From positions 16,618,001 to 16,682,000 of the forward strand of contig NW_024704743.1 of assembly GCF_018977255.1 (NCBI RefSeq): 64,000 nucleotides of DNA, given 5' to 3'. The translations under genes were made by a program, and so were the position numbers. This document shows, in pieces, positions 1-12,499 of this stretch. The number at the start of each line of letters is the position of its first letter. Within the stretch, counting starts at the first letter, position 1. The notes below the pieces were generated by a model. That model saw only the letters and a program-made list of their open reading frames with translations, had not been told where the DNA came from and made no database searches. The stretch is from Callorhinchus milii. Taxonomy: Eukaryota.

Positions 1-51
1 TCTCTCTGGGCCTCCCTCTCTCTCTCTCTCCCTCTCTGGGGCTCTCTCTCT

Positions 52-90
<39 letters not shown>

Positions 91-157
91 GCTCTCCCTC
101 TCTCTCTCTCTCGGGCTCTCCCTCTCTCTCTCTCGGCCTCTCTCTCTCTCTCTCTGG
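1..157. repeat. (TC)n-rich microsatellite abutting a 30-N assembly gap (158-187)
   Basis: Read directly from sequence. Confidence 0.95.
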
Positions 158-257
158 NNNNNNNNNNNNNNNNNNNNNNNNNNNNNNGAGTATCATCCGT
201 ATTAAGGAGCATCAACGTTAACTGAATATAGTGACGCAGCTATCGTAAGAGTACTAA

Positions 258-1182
258 GCCCTCCAGCACACACCCAGCACAGCCCCCCCCCACGCACACA
301 CACCCAGGCACAGCCCCCAGCCACCACACCCCACACAGCCCCCAGCACTCACCAGCACACCCCCCAGCAAAACACCCAGCACAGCCCCACCAGCACACAC
401 CCAGCACAGCCCCCCCCAGCACAGCACCCCCAGCACAGCCCCAGCACACACCCAGCACAGCCCCCAGCACCCCAGCACAGCCCCCCAGCACACACCCTAC
501 ACAGCCCCCCAGCACACACCCAGCACAGCCCCCCAGCACACACCCAGCACAGCCCCAGCACAGCACCCCCAGCACACACCCAGCACAGCCCCAGCACAGC
601 ACCCCCAGCACAGCCCCCCCCAGCACAGCCCCCCAGCACACACCCAGCACAGCCCCCCAGCACACACCCAGCACAGCCCCCCAGCACACACCCAGCACAG
701 CCCCCCCAGCACACACCCAGCACAGCCCCCCCAGCCACACCACCCAGCACACCCCCCCCAGTACAGCCCACACCCCAGCACAGCCCCCCCCAGCACACAC
801 CCAGCACACCCCCCACCACAGCCACAGCCCCCAGCACACCCCCAGCACAGCCCCCCAGCACACACCCAGCACAGCCCCCCCAGCACACACCCAGCACAGC
901 CCCCCAGCACACACCCAGCACAGCCCCACCAGCACAGCCCCCCCCCAGCACAGCCCCCCCAGCACACACCCAGCACAGCCCCACCAGCACACACCCAGCA
1001 CACACAGCCCCCAGCACACCCAGCACAGCCCCCCCAGCACACACCCAGCACAGCCACACACACCCAGCACAACCCCCCCAGCACACACCCAGCACAGCCC
1101 CCCCAGCACACACCCAGCGTAGCCCCCCCAGCACACACCCAGCACCCTCCCAGCAACTCCAACACAGCCCCCCCCCCCCCCC
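258..1182. repeat. C-rich minisatellite (CCCAGCACA-CA / -GCCCC units)
   Basis: Tandem CCCAGCACACA/CCCAGCACAGCCCC; degenerate continuations at 3340-3800 and 4092-4800. Confidence 0.95.
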
Positions 1183-1184
1183 CA

Positions 1185-3330
1185 ACAACAACAAGATTAC
1201 CTTTGTATAGCACCTTTCACGTCAGGAGGACATCCCAAGGCGCTGGACACAGTACAGCATTTCAGACCCGAGCTGGGGTCAGGTGGGGGGAAGGGAGGGG
1301 AGGGGAAGGGGGGTGGCCGATGGCATGGTCGAAGAGGAGGGTCTTGAGGCGAGACTTGAAGGAGGCTAAGGAGGGGGTGAGGTGGAGTGACTGGGGGATG
1401 GAATACCAGATGTTGGGGGCAGAGTGGCTGCCGGCTCTCCCGCCAATGGTGGGGCGGGTGGGTCGGGGGACGTGGACCAGGCCAGAGCCGGCTGAGCGGA
1501 GGGAACAGGCGGGTCGGTAGAGGGTTAGGAGGTCGCAGAGGTAGGGTGGGGCGAGGCCATGGAGGGCTTTGTATGTGAGGACCAGTATCTTGAACTGGAT
1601 CCTCTGAAGGATAGGGAGCCAGTGGAGTCGGGCGAGAGTGGGGGAGATGGGGTCACGGAGTTTGGTGCGGGAGAGGACACGGGCTGCAACGTTCTGGATT
1701 ATCTGCAGTCTGTGGAGAGAGGAGTTGGGAAGGCCGTCAAGCAGAGTGTTTGCACAGTCGAGCCTGGAGGTGATGAAGACATGAACAAGAGTTTCAGCGG
1801 CCTGAGGGGTGAGGTAGTGGCGGAGTCGGGCGATGTTATGGAGGTGAGGGAAAGCAGAGCGGGTCATGGCTTGGATGTGGGGGAGAAAGACAGTTGAGGG
1901 TTGAACAAGACACCCAGGCTCCTGACTGGCGGTGAGTTGAAGTGTGCAACCATGGAGGTTGATGCTGCCAGAGCCTGAGGACCAGAGGCGCTGGCGTGAG
2001 CCAATCAGGAGGGCCTCAGACTTGTTCACATTCAACTTTAGGAAATTTGCCCTCATCCAGGACGCGGGGTAGCGGGGGGGGACGGATGAGTCGGGATGTG
2101 GTAGAAAACAGTAGCCTGGGGTTGTTCTTCACCTCCAGGATTATCCTGGAGTAGAAGGATGACTTGGCCGAGGCTAGAGTGGAGTGGTAGATTTTGAGGA
2201 GGTCCAGCCAGATTTGTCGGTGGACCGTTAGGCCAGATTTGACGCAGGTGCGTTCAGCGGCCCGCACCTGGCTCTTCAGTGAGCGGAGGTGGGTGGTGAA
2301 CCAGGGGGAGGAGCGAGAGTAGGAGACAGTACTGGAGGTGATGGGGGCAAGAGTATCGAGTGTGGAGGAGAGGGTGTTGTGGAGGAGGGTGAGAGGAGAA
2401 GAGGGGTCAGTGAGGGTTGAAGGCCAGAGGGAGAGGAGTTCAGAGGACTCCAAGGCAGCGGTTAGGGATTGTGGGGGTAACTTCTTCCAGGGGCAGTAGA
2501 AGATGGTGGTGGGTCTGGTGGAGGTGGGGAGGGGCGGTGGAGGTGATGAAGGAGATGAAGTGGTGGTCGGAGACGGCCTTGTCGGTGATAGTGACATCCG
2601 AGACACTGACCAAGTCGAGTGGGTGGCCGTGACTGTGAGTGGGGGAGTTGATGTGGAGGGAGAGGTTGAATGAGGAGAACAGGGAAGAGAAGTCTGGGGA
2701 AATGGAGCAGGAGGGGATGAAGTGCAGGTTAAAGTCGCCCAGGATGATGAGGCGATCAGAGCAGAGGCAGAGAGATGTAAGAAGTGTCAAAATATCGGAG
2801 ATGAAGGTGGGAGAGGTTTTAGGCGGCCGGTAGAGGAGGTGGATTTTGAGCGAGAGGAAGGAGGGGTGGGAGAGGGTGAGGTACTCGAAAGAGGGGAAAG
2901 AGCCAGAGGAGTAGGGGGATAGGGCAAGTGGTGTCCTTGAGATAAGGGCAACACCACCGCCACGGCAGTTGGGGCGAGGGATGTGGTGGGAGGTGTAGCC
3001 GGGTGGTGTGGCCTCCGTGAGGGGGAAGGTGTTGCCTGGGGTGAGCCAGGTTTCCGTTAAGGCCATGATGTCAACGCTCTCATCAAGGATGAGATCGTTG
3101 ATGACCAGGGCCTTGTTACAGAGGGAGCGGACGTTTTGTAGTCCGATGTGGATGGAGCGGTTGACAGAAGGATGTGTGGGAGGGGAGGAGGGTCCAGGTT
3201 GTGAGGCAGGGGTGGGGGAAATGGGGATAAGGGAGGAGAGGTTGGCTCCCTGGGTCTGTGTCCGGGTTGGCTGGCGAGTGTGGTGGGGAATGGGGCAGTC
3301 GGTGTGGTTTCCGTTAAGGCCATTGCCCAG
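1185..3330 (-). mobile_element. L2-clade LINE, internally deleted (APE endonuclease plus ORF2 C-terminus, RT core missing)
   Basis: QNVRSL..ALTETWL..RGGGVA..ILGDFN in ORF 2440-3441; NFLKLN..LHWLPI..FKIL in ORF 1262-2056; short-repeat 3' tail near 1185. Confidence 0.92.
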
Positions 3331-3804
3331 AACAACCCTCCCAACACACCCAGCCAGAAGAGCCCCACCCACCGAGCCGACCACAGCCCCCCACCCAGCA
3401 AAGTCCCCGTGCCCAGCACAGCCCCTCGATCCGACCAGCACAGGCCCTCACCAACCTCCCAGCACAGTCCCCACCCTCTTGGCACAGCACCCCCCACATC
3501 CAACACAGCACCCCCCACACCCAGCATAGCACCCCCCACACCGACCACAGCAACCCCCAACACCCAACACAGCACCCCCCACACCCAGGATAGCAATCCC
3601 CACCACAGCAAATCTCCACGCTCAGCACAGCGCCCCCACACCCAGCACAGCACCTCCCCGCACCTAGCTCATCCCCCCCACCCAGCACAGCCCCCAACCC
3701 AGCACAGCCCCCAACCCAGCACAGCCCCCCCACCACACCAGGCCAGAATAGCCCCATCCCCACCGCCAACCACAGCCCCCCACTCAGCAAAGCACCCCCA
3801 TCCA

Positions 3805-4090
3805 GCAAGCGAGACACCTGGGTTCAAATCCAGGCAGGGCGAAACCTTGGGCAAATTTCTTTACTCCCCACGCCTAATGATAATCTCTCCAAAACAAAAC
3901 AATAATAAATTGGTCATTTTCAATCCACGACTGTTTGTGGGACACTACTGTGCGCAATTGGCTGCCACGTTTCGCCCACAAATATACGGTCAATTCACTT
4001 TACACCATATTCTATGAAGCACTTTGAGACGTCGAGAAGACGTGAGAAGCGCTATATCAAATGCAAGGATTATTATTATTATTATTATTA
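3805..4090 (+). mobile_element. tRNA-derived SINE with L2-like tail (representative of many copies)
   Basis: Head GCAAGCGAGACACCTGGGTTCAAATCC..GGCAGGGCGAAACCTTGGGCAA; tail GCTATATCAAATGCAAGG(ATT)n. Other copies near 5950-6205, 8810-9025(-), 14270-14430, 39300-39430, 39988-40235, 44095-44300, 47450-47800(-), 48858-49090, 55034-55285(-), 62420-62640(-). Confidence 0.88.
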
Positions 4091-7000
4091 TAGCCCCCGC
4101 CCCAGCAAAACCCCCCCGATCCGCCCACCACAGATCCCAGCATTGACCACGGTCACCCACGCAGCATAGCCCCCCCTTAACCCAGCACAGCCCCTGATCC
4201 TCCCAGCATAGCCCCCCACCAACACAACCCTCCCACACTCAGCACAGCCACCCGACGCCCATCACAGCCCTCCCCCAATCCCCAGCACAGATCCCTATGC
4301 CCAGCACAGTCCCCCACAAACAACCAGCAGCGTCCACTCCTGCGCAGCACAGTCCCCTCCTGCCCAGCACAGCAACCCCACACCTAGCACAGCATCACCA
4401 CCGCCCAGGAAAGCCCACCCAACAGCACAGCACAACTCCTCGAACCGCCTAGAACAGTCCCCTCCTGCCGAGCACAGCGCCCCCACCTCCACCCAGCACA
4501 GTCTCCTCCTGCCCAGCACAGACCCCCCCCCTTCCAACACAGCTCCTCCGCCCTGCACAGCCCAGACCCAGCACAGAGCCCCCTCCCAGCCCTGGCCACC
4601 AAGCAGAGCTCCCCACCCAGCACAGTGTCCCCGCCCAGCACAGCCCACCCCCCAACCCAGCACAGCCCCCTCACCCAGCACAGACCCCACACCCAGCACA
4701 GCCACCCCACCCCCCCAACACCCCTCCGGCCCAGCACCCAACCAGCCAGTACAGCCCCCCAACTCCTCCAGCCAGCCCAGCCCCCCACCCAACCCTGCAC
4801 AGGCAATCTCCGCTAAATTTTAACAATCAATACAACTGCATTACGGACGTGGTGGTGATGAGAAACAAATACAGAAAGTAAAAGTTAAAAGTAAAAAGTT
4901 GCTGCGTCAATGTTTTGTTTCTGGAAATGAAACACAAAAATATTGTTTATAATAATCCCAGCATTTAATCTAGTGCCTGATCATGTAGTTACGACATCTC
5001 AAAGAGCTTCACAGAATACACTGAATTGACTGTATATTTTGTGGGCGAAAACCGCCAAAAGGTTGAAACACCCAGCCTTACGGGAATGACGCTATATAAA
5101 TGTATTGTTTTTCTGTCCTTTCCTGCTCAACTGCTTTGTCATTTCACAATGAAATGAAACTGATGATTAGGAGTCTAACAATATCAAGAAGCACCTGTGG
5201 TTTCAGTGTAAAATTTAATAACCACACCTGGGTTCCTGTAAACACTTGCAAGTTTGCAGGGCTATGGGGAGAGAGAGCGGGGGGAGTGTGACTTGGTTAG
5301 CTCTTTTCAAAGAGCTGGCACAGACACAATGGGCTGAATAGTCTCCTTCTGTGCTGTATAATTCTATGATTTTATAATAGTGTTCTGGTCATTAGTTACC
5401 CTTCGAGGAATGAAAAACATCCTGGTATCACAAATTGCCCTTTGCAACTTTATATCTATTTTCTGTGAAAGGTTTGAAGTTGCTTGTAAGTGCTTGGATT
5501 TCAATTCCCTTTGAAGGAAATTCTGTATTTAAAAACAGCTTTCAATCTTAAACTGCTTTGCCGAAATTATTGTCAAGTGTGGGATGACTGGGTCTTTCTT
5601 ATAGAGGCAAACTTAGCAGTCGTTTTGCATGCAGCGAAGTCTCACAAACAGCCATATGGTTCAGAATCAATAACCAATTTAAGATAATGAAGGATATTGA
5701 CAAAGTAGATAGGGAATTATTTGATAATGCCAAAAAACGAAGCACAATTTTAGCATGATATCTGAGGCAGTTAAGAGCGAATGGAGAAGATATTTCTACA
5801 CACAAAGCACTTAGAATGTAGAATGCATCACCACAGATCACCGTAAATTCAGAATCAAAGGGGAGACAGATAGAAACTTGGGAAGCAAGGGTTATTAATG
5901 CAATTTGAGAAAAAGGCAGTCATCAAGCCTCCTTGATAACTCTGATATCTCGCCTCAATGCCTCGCAAGCGTGAGACCTGGGTTCTACTCCCGGCAGGGC
6001 GAAATATTGGGCAAGTTTCCTTACTCCACACACCTCTGTTTATCTAGCAGTAAGTAGGAACACGGTTGTTAGTCGATTGACAGATCGCTTTCCCGAGGAT
6101 AATAATCCTTAAAAGATTCACTTTACAATATATTCTGTGAAGCACTTTGCGATGTCTAGAAGACGTGAAAAGCACTATATCAAATGCAAGGATTATTATT
6201 ATTATTTTCTTATCTTATGCGTCCCTATAAAAATAGTTGAAGTACCGATATTACTCAAGTACTTGTTTGTTTGGAAAACTTATTTCATAGTTTTGCAGTA
6301 TTCTGCTTAACAAAACTGTTAGAATAGCACTATTAGAATAGTACTGTTAGAGTGGCAGGCTGGTAGGATAGTTCAGACACACTAAAGATTTCTGCTTCTC
6401 TGATTTCTGTGTACACGTCAGACCTTCAAACAATGCAGCACTCCCCCAGCACTGTACTGGAGTGTCATCTTAGACTACAAACTCAAAGTCCCGATATGGG
6501 AATTGAACTGTGAATCTTCTGACCCACATGATGAGAGTCTACCATCTGAGCCAGACTGATACCAGTACAGTGAATTATCTGGGTGTGACAACACAAATTT
6601 GCAAATTGGAATCTTCCATGGTCACATGTAGTCAAGGAATATAATCTGCCCAACCCTAGAAGATGGTGCGATTGATATAGGGGTGGTGTCCATGGTCTGA
6701 TTGTATCACTTTTGTTTTCTGTGAATGAAGAAAGCAGCGTCGTTCAGTGTGTGCTGTGAACTAAGCTGTTGCTGTTGACTGTCTGTGAGCACTGGGTAAT
6801 AATTGTAATCAATTGTGACTGAAGTATGGGGTATGCTGGTGGGAGATCAACGCAGGTTTGAGGACTGGACCAGAAAGTACCGGAGCATATTATTAGAATT
6901 TAGGAATGCTATGGTTGAGCAAGTGAGTGGATTTTTACTGGATAAACCACCCCAGGTCACTTTTGTTTATTCCAAAGGAAGAGTCAAAGTGGTGCCAATC

Positions 7001-7761
7001 CAGTGTCATGGCATTATTGATGTCAACAGTATCTTGAAGAGATTATGTCTATGGGAAGGGTATCTGGATTTGAGAAGTGAAGGGAATCAGAAAGTGATTA
7101 GGGATGACAGGTTGGTCAGTGTTATCTCGCAGGTGGTTGGGTGTTATTTGATAACAAAAACAACAAAGTGACCATAAAGGTAGTTCTGAGAGTTTATGTG
7201 GAAGGAAAGGTTGAGGACAAATGCAACATGGAAAAATCAGGAGAGATGAAGCAGGATGGTTTCAGTTGCTCGAGGCTCCAGCGGTGCCCCACAAGCTATA
7301 TGAATACAAGTTGTTGTTGTTATTCGGTAATTTATTCTTGTTTTAAAATAACGCGAACCTGAATCTTGCACAGTTTATGCAACTCGTCCTGCCTGAAACA
7401 TTCTGGAGTTTTTATGGAACGCCAAGTACTCTGAGATGTCACCTTACAGCAAGGTGGTCCAACTGACGGCCCACGGGCCACATCCAGCCCAGGGATGATT
7501 TCATCTAGCCCGAGAACCTTTTCCACCATCGAGCCACCCACTCCCTCCCTCCGGCGAAAAATGTTTCTCATTACAGCAGCTCAATGCGCAGGGAGTGGAA
7601 ATAATGTTGTCCTTTGCTGCAGTCTGTCAGGGATTCCCTCTTGAGCTGAGAGGAAGACAAGTGTGTCATCCCAACTCCTGCCAATGTAGGACAGTGAGCC
7701 ACCGAGGCTGGGAAAACAGCTGATCCCGTTGCCAAATAGTGAGGCATCTGGCAGATTGAAG

Positions 7762-8300
7762 GTGAGAGAGAGTGGTTGAGAGAGAAAGGGTGGGGGGGAT
7801 GGGGAAGAGACAGAGAGAGTGATTGGGAGAGATAAAGGTGTGAGAGAGAAAGTGATTGAGAGAAGGGTGAGGGTGGGCATGGGGAGAGAGAGTTATTGCG
7901 AGAGAGGGGGGAGAGAGAGAACGATAGAGAGGGGGAGGTGGGAGAGAGCGATTGAAAGAGAGAATGGGGAGAGGGTGATTGAGGGAGGAGAGAGAGAGTG
8001 ATTGGGAATGGGGTTGAGAGAGTGAATGAGAGAGTACGGGAGAGAGTATAATTGAGAGAGGAGGGAAAGACTGATTAAGAGAGAGAGGGGAGAGAGAATA
8101 ATTGAGAGAGAAGGGGGAGAGAGAGTGATTGAGAGAGAAACAGGAAGAGAGAGTAATTGAGAGAAAGAGGAAGAGAGAGAGAGAGTGTGAGATAGGGGGT
8201 GAGGGGAAGAGAGAGTGTGAGATTAGCGAGTATGGGTGAGTGTGAGAGTGAATGATTGACAGAGAGAGCTCATGATGGAGAGGGAGACAGAGAGAAACAG
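7762..8300. repeat. GA-rich low-complexity array with recurring GTGATTGAGAGAG
   Basis: Read directly from sequence. Confidence 0.9.
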
Positions 8301-9936
8301 AAAGAGTGGAGAATTGAGGGGGTGCATTTTGTGGTTTACAGTCAGGGTAGACGATGGGAGTCTCCCTCGGCTGCAGCGGGATGGAGGGGGGGACCCGAGT
8401 ACAGACACCGAGCGACGTGTCGTGCAGTTTCCTCACACAAAACTGTATCTTTCCCAGTGAGAAAATCCTCCACAGCCTTCACCCCTCCCCCGTCCTCATC
8501 CTTCCTCTTCAATCTCCCGACCGAGACGTTCCTTTTGCACAACACATTTGCTTCATGTCCCCTAATCCCATCTGCTCCACCATCACCATTTTGATCCCAC
8601 TCTCTGGAGCTCCATTCCTGTTGTCCCTCCCTTCCTCCTGCACCTTCGATCATGTTTTCCTCTCCCATCCCACCTCCCCCAGCTCCCACCCCCAGCTCAG
8701 GTGCCCAGCCGGTAGTATCGAGCGCTTTGAGATGTCCTTCCAACATGAAAAAGTTGCTGTGTTAATGTTATGTTTCTGGAAGTGAAGCACAAAAATATTG
8801 TTGATAATAATAATAATAATCCTTGCATTTGATATAGCGCCTTTTCACATCTTCTAGTCTGTTTTGTGGGCCACTAGAAAATCCTCAACTAATCTCTAGA
8901 TTCCTATTTACTGCTAGGTAAAAGAGGAGTGTGGAGTAAGAAAACTTGCCCAACGTTTTTCCCTGCCAGGAATCAAACCCAGGTCTTCTTGCTTGCGAGG
9001 CGAGTGCTCCAACCACTGAGCTACATTCCGTCATGTGAGTGGTGTATAAATACAAGTTGTTGCTATGAGATATATCCCTTCATTCCTGTCCTACAGGTTT
9101 TACATCTTTATTTTAAAGACCTAATTTACAGTTCTGCTGTTTCCTTGATGATTAAATGGATCATTTGATATGGTACTGAGCCAAACAAATCATCCAATGA
9201 CACCTTCATTCCCTGGTGTATATCAAGCCAGATGATCTGAGCCAGGCTGGTATTGGTGACATGCCAATTAGCTTCAGTATTCCTGGGATAGGAAGACGAA
9301 AACTAACCAGCCTGAGAAAAATAACAAATGACCAAAAATAACCAGCCTTTTACGTCAAGAAGATCTCTCAAAGCGCTGCAAAGAAGTGGCTGGGAGCCTG
9401 ACTCGGGGAGCTGTGGAGGGGGATGGTGTCAAATGCCAGGTAGAAGAGCCAAGTTGCAATGTTGGCCCTGAAAAAGGAGAGGAAGCGGGCAAGGTGAAGG
9501 TCTCCATAGACTGTGGGCAGAGTACCTGGACTCTCACCCACCAATGGTGGAGTGAAGAGAGGAGAGGACGTGAAACAAGCCGGCGTGCACTGAGTGGTGG
9601 AAGCGGCTAGGGCAGGAGTTTAGCAGGAGGTCGCAGAGGTTGGAGGGATTGGACTGCAAGAGCAAGAATCCTGAATTTGATTCACTAGGGGAGAGGGAGC
9701 CATAGGCCATGATAGGCTCATGGAGCCTGGTGCAGGAGGGCACATATGCTGCAGAGTTCTGGATGCTCTTCAGCTTGTGTGGTGAGGAGTTGGGCAAATA
9801 CATTTAGAAATATTAACCTCAGTGGATTTACTATTATCTACTATTTGCTGTAATTCTCGCTTCTCATAAAATAGTTTTGAACAGTTGTCATTCCTTAAAG
9901 CAGATCGTATTTGAGCTGACAGCTGACTGCACCACC

Positions 9937-10027
9937 ATGAACAATGCTAAAAGAGAACCAGAAGCCGGGCAGAGCCTAAATCCATTGCAATATGCAGTGT
10001 TGGCTGCAGTGTTCGGAACGGCAGTTA
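9937..10027 (+). CDS. CCDC127-like paralog, first coding exon (MNNAKREPEAGQSLNPLQYAVLAAVFGTAV)
   Basis: Context tatttgagctgacag|ctgactgcaccaccATGAACAAT matches the CCDC127 context tatttgtgctgacag|caaactgcaactccATGAACAAC; phase-1 donor A|GTGAGT. Confidence 0.85.
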
Positions 10028-10956
10028 GTGAGTATTGAGATTTTACCTTTTGATTACTAATGTGATAATCTTGTAAAATAATAGGTGGATAGAGGTGCAG
10101 GACCTTACAGCTTGAGTTAAATGCATCCCACCTACACATGGAAATCACAGAGATAGATTGTTGGATTGAATGCGCACTCTCTCCCTGGAGGGACTCATCC
10201 TGCTTACTGGAAAGTGGAGTCCTGTAGCTCAGTGGTTAGAGCTCTCGCCTCGCAAGCGAGAGACTCGGGTTCTATTCCCGGCAGGGCGATATATGATGGA
10301 GGCAACAAGTTTAGAGAATGAGATCAGGCTCATTAATTTGGAAGCAGCAAAGGACCAAACAAATCAAAGGCCTCACTTCCCAAGCGGATTACTTTGTGGA
10401 TTACTTCAGTAAAACACTGTTGTGTCTCATCACTTTAGCACACACCTAAAAACTGTCTCTTTCCCATTTTCTATAGAGTACAACTGTGGGCCAGCAGTGT
10501 AGGGTGGAGAAATAATAATATTTAACAATCCTTGAATTTGATACATCGTTGAGACATCTCAAAGCGCTTCACAGAATACACTCTAAAGCAAATTGACTAT
10601 ATATTTTGTGGGTGAAAGGCGGCAGAAATATGATACACACACACGAACACACCAACAGAGAGTTTTATTGAGGCAGAGAAAGACAGAGAGAGAAAGTGTT
10701 AACCAACTTTTGAACAACTTTTCTCCAGGACGTAAAAGGACGTCCTCCTGACGTGAAAGGTGCTATACAAATGTAATTGCTATGTTTGTTACAAACAGTC
10801 ACTGCACTTTACAATACATTTTGTGAAGTCTCTTGAGATGTTTTGACAATGTAATAAGACACTATATCAAATGTAAGAATTATTATTATCATTATTAATA
10901 CTGCTTCCTTGTGCCACAACAAAATACTGAAAACCATCTTAATTTTGTTTTTTAAG

Positions 10957-11348
10957 GATATATCCAGAAACTGAATGCAAAGGATAAGGAACAGATTGAA
11001 AAATATAAACAACTGAAAAAAATGTATGACAGCAATGAAAAAAAGAGTCAATTAGAAAGGCAAAATCAGGCCAAAGAATTGCTAAAACATTTTGAACAAT
11101 TACTAATGGTGAGGCAAAGTATGTTTTGTAGTCCTTTCATTCACCACCAACATCGTTTAGAGATAGAGAAGGATATTCTTTCCAAAGCTACTACGGACCC
11201 GATAGCAAAAGAGATTGGAATGGAAGAAGACTTGAAAGAGATTTTTCAACGTGATAAACATTGTGCTGAAAAATGGAACTCCGACGGACGGAAAAACGGC
11301 AAATTAATGTGGAATAAGATCTTGAAATGGAAGTCTAAAAAAGATTAA
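10957..11348 (+). CDS. CCDC127-like paralog, terminal coding exon (160 aa total)
   Basis: Acceptor catcttaattttgttttttaag|GA is homologous to the CCDC127 acceptor and in frame with ORF 11022..11348. Motifs RQSMFCS, DKHCA and NGKLMW align to the CCDC127 C-terminal domain. Confidence 0.88.
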
Positions 11349-12499
11349 AAGAGCCAAGGCTTCTTTCAAAGAGCATGTTGGGAAAGAGACCAGATATAAA
11401 ATCATAGCGAGTATTAAAATTCTTGGTGTCTATTCCAATAGAGACTTAGCTGTAGACTTTTGGCTGTTGATCTTTACATTGTCCAGATGTTAGTTTGGTA
11501 TTTTATGCATATTTGTTGGTTCAGATTGGCAAGAGCAATTGGTAATAAGGGCAAGCTTGGCTGGTCTATGAACAACTATTAGTAGTGAGCTTTCACTGTA
11601 ACATCACTATACAAAATACTCAGCTTCTTAAGCTTTAACTTTACTCTTCCACTAGGCCCTAAAACAAATCAGACAAATTACAGCATAGAGGGAAGTACTC
11701 TTGCCTCCGAGTCAGATGGTTGTGAGTTCAAGGTCCATGCTGGAACTTTCAGTTCACAATCTAGTCTGATATTCCATTACAGTGCTGGGGACGCAGTGCT
11801 GGGGACGCACTGCGTTGTTGGAGGTGCCGTTCTTCGGATGAAACTAAGGTCCCATCTGCCTCTTCAGGTGATGTTCAAGATTCTATGTACTATTCGAAAA
11901 GAGAAGCGTGGTAACCCTGGTATCCTGGGCAAAAATCGCCCAGATAGAACTGATCATTCACAGTTTTGTAGCTGTTTGAGTAGTATTGCTGCGTACACAT
12001 TGACTGCCATGTTCACCCACAAAGACACAGTCACTACACATGTTCTTAAGGAGACCCTGTTATAATTGTTTTTGGCAGGGTCAAAGCCTACATTTGGATT
12101 TAGTCATCTTAGTCATGGAGGAGGGAATCACTCAGTAGACTGGATGTTTGCCTATGCTCAACTGGTTTGTTTTAAAGAGGATTTTTTAAAAAATAAATAT
12201 TATGCAGTGCTGTTTCAACACAAATATCTTAAAAATTTAATGTCTTAAAAAATGTGTGTGGGAAACCAGTGGGATATTCATAAGTACTATATATAGTTGA
12301 TACATAGATTAAGACCACAGGTAGAAATGTGTATTTGAAAAGGGCTTTGGGATTCACTTTATTAATTTAAAAATATTTTTTCTTTTAATTAAATAAACAG
12401 CAACTTTAACAATCCAATGGAACAGTGAGGTACAACGAAAATAAACAGAGGCAGACAGGAGCTGCATACCTTACAGATACATCAAACCATAGGCAACTT

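Noticed and set aside
240..4816. Long Gly/Cys/Val/Trp-rich and Pro/His/Thr-rich ORFs (e.g. 240..1145, 349..1194, 3280..4017, 4295..4792)
   Set aside because: They are translations of the CCCAGCACA minisatellite, open in several frames at once.
10218..10289. tRNA-like cloverleaf with a CGC anticodon
   Set aside because: The same sequence is the head of the local SINE family (5950, 8960-9025, 47730-47790). The T-loop is TTCTATT, the first acceptor pair is mismatched and there is no T-run terminator.
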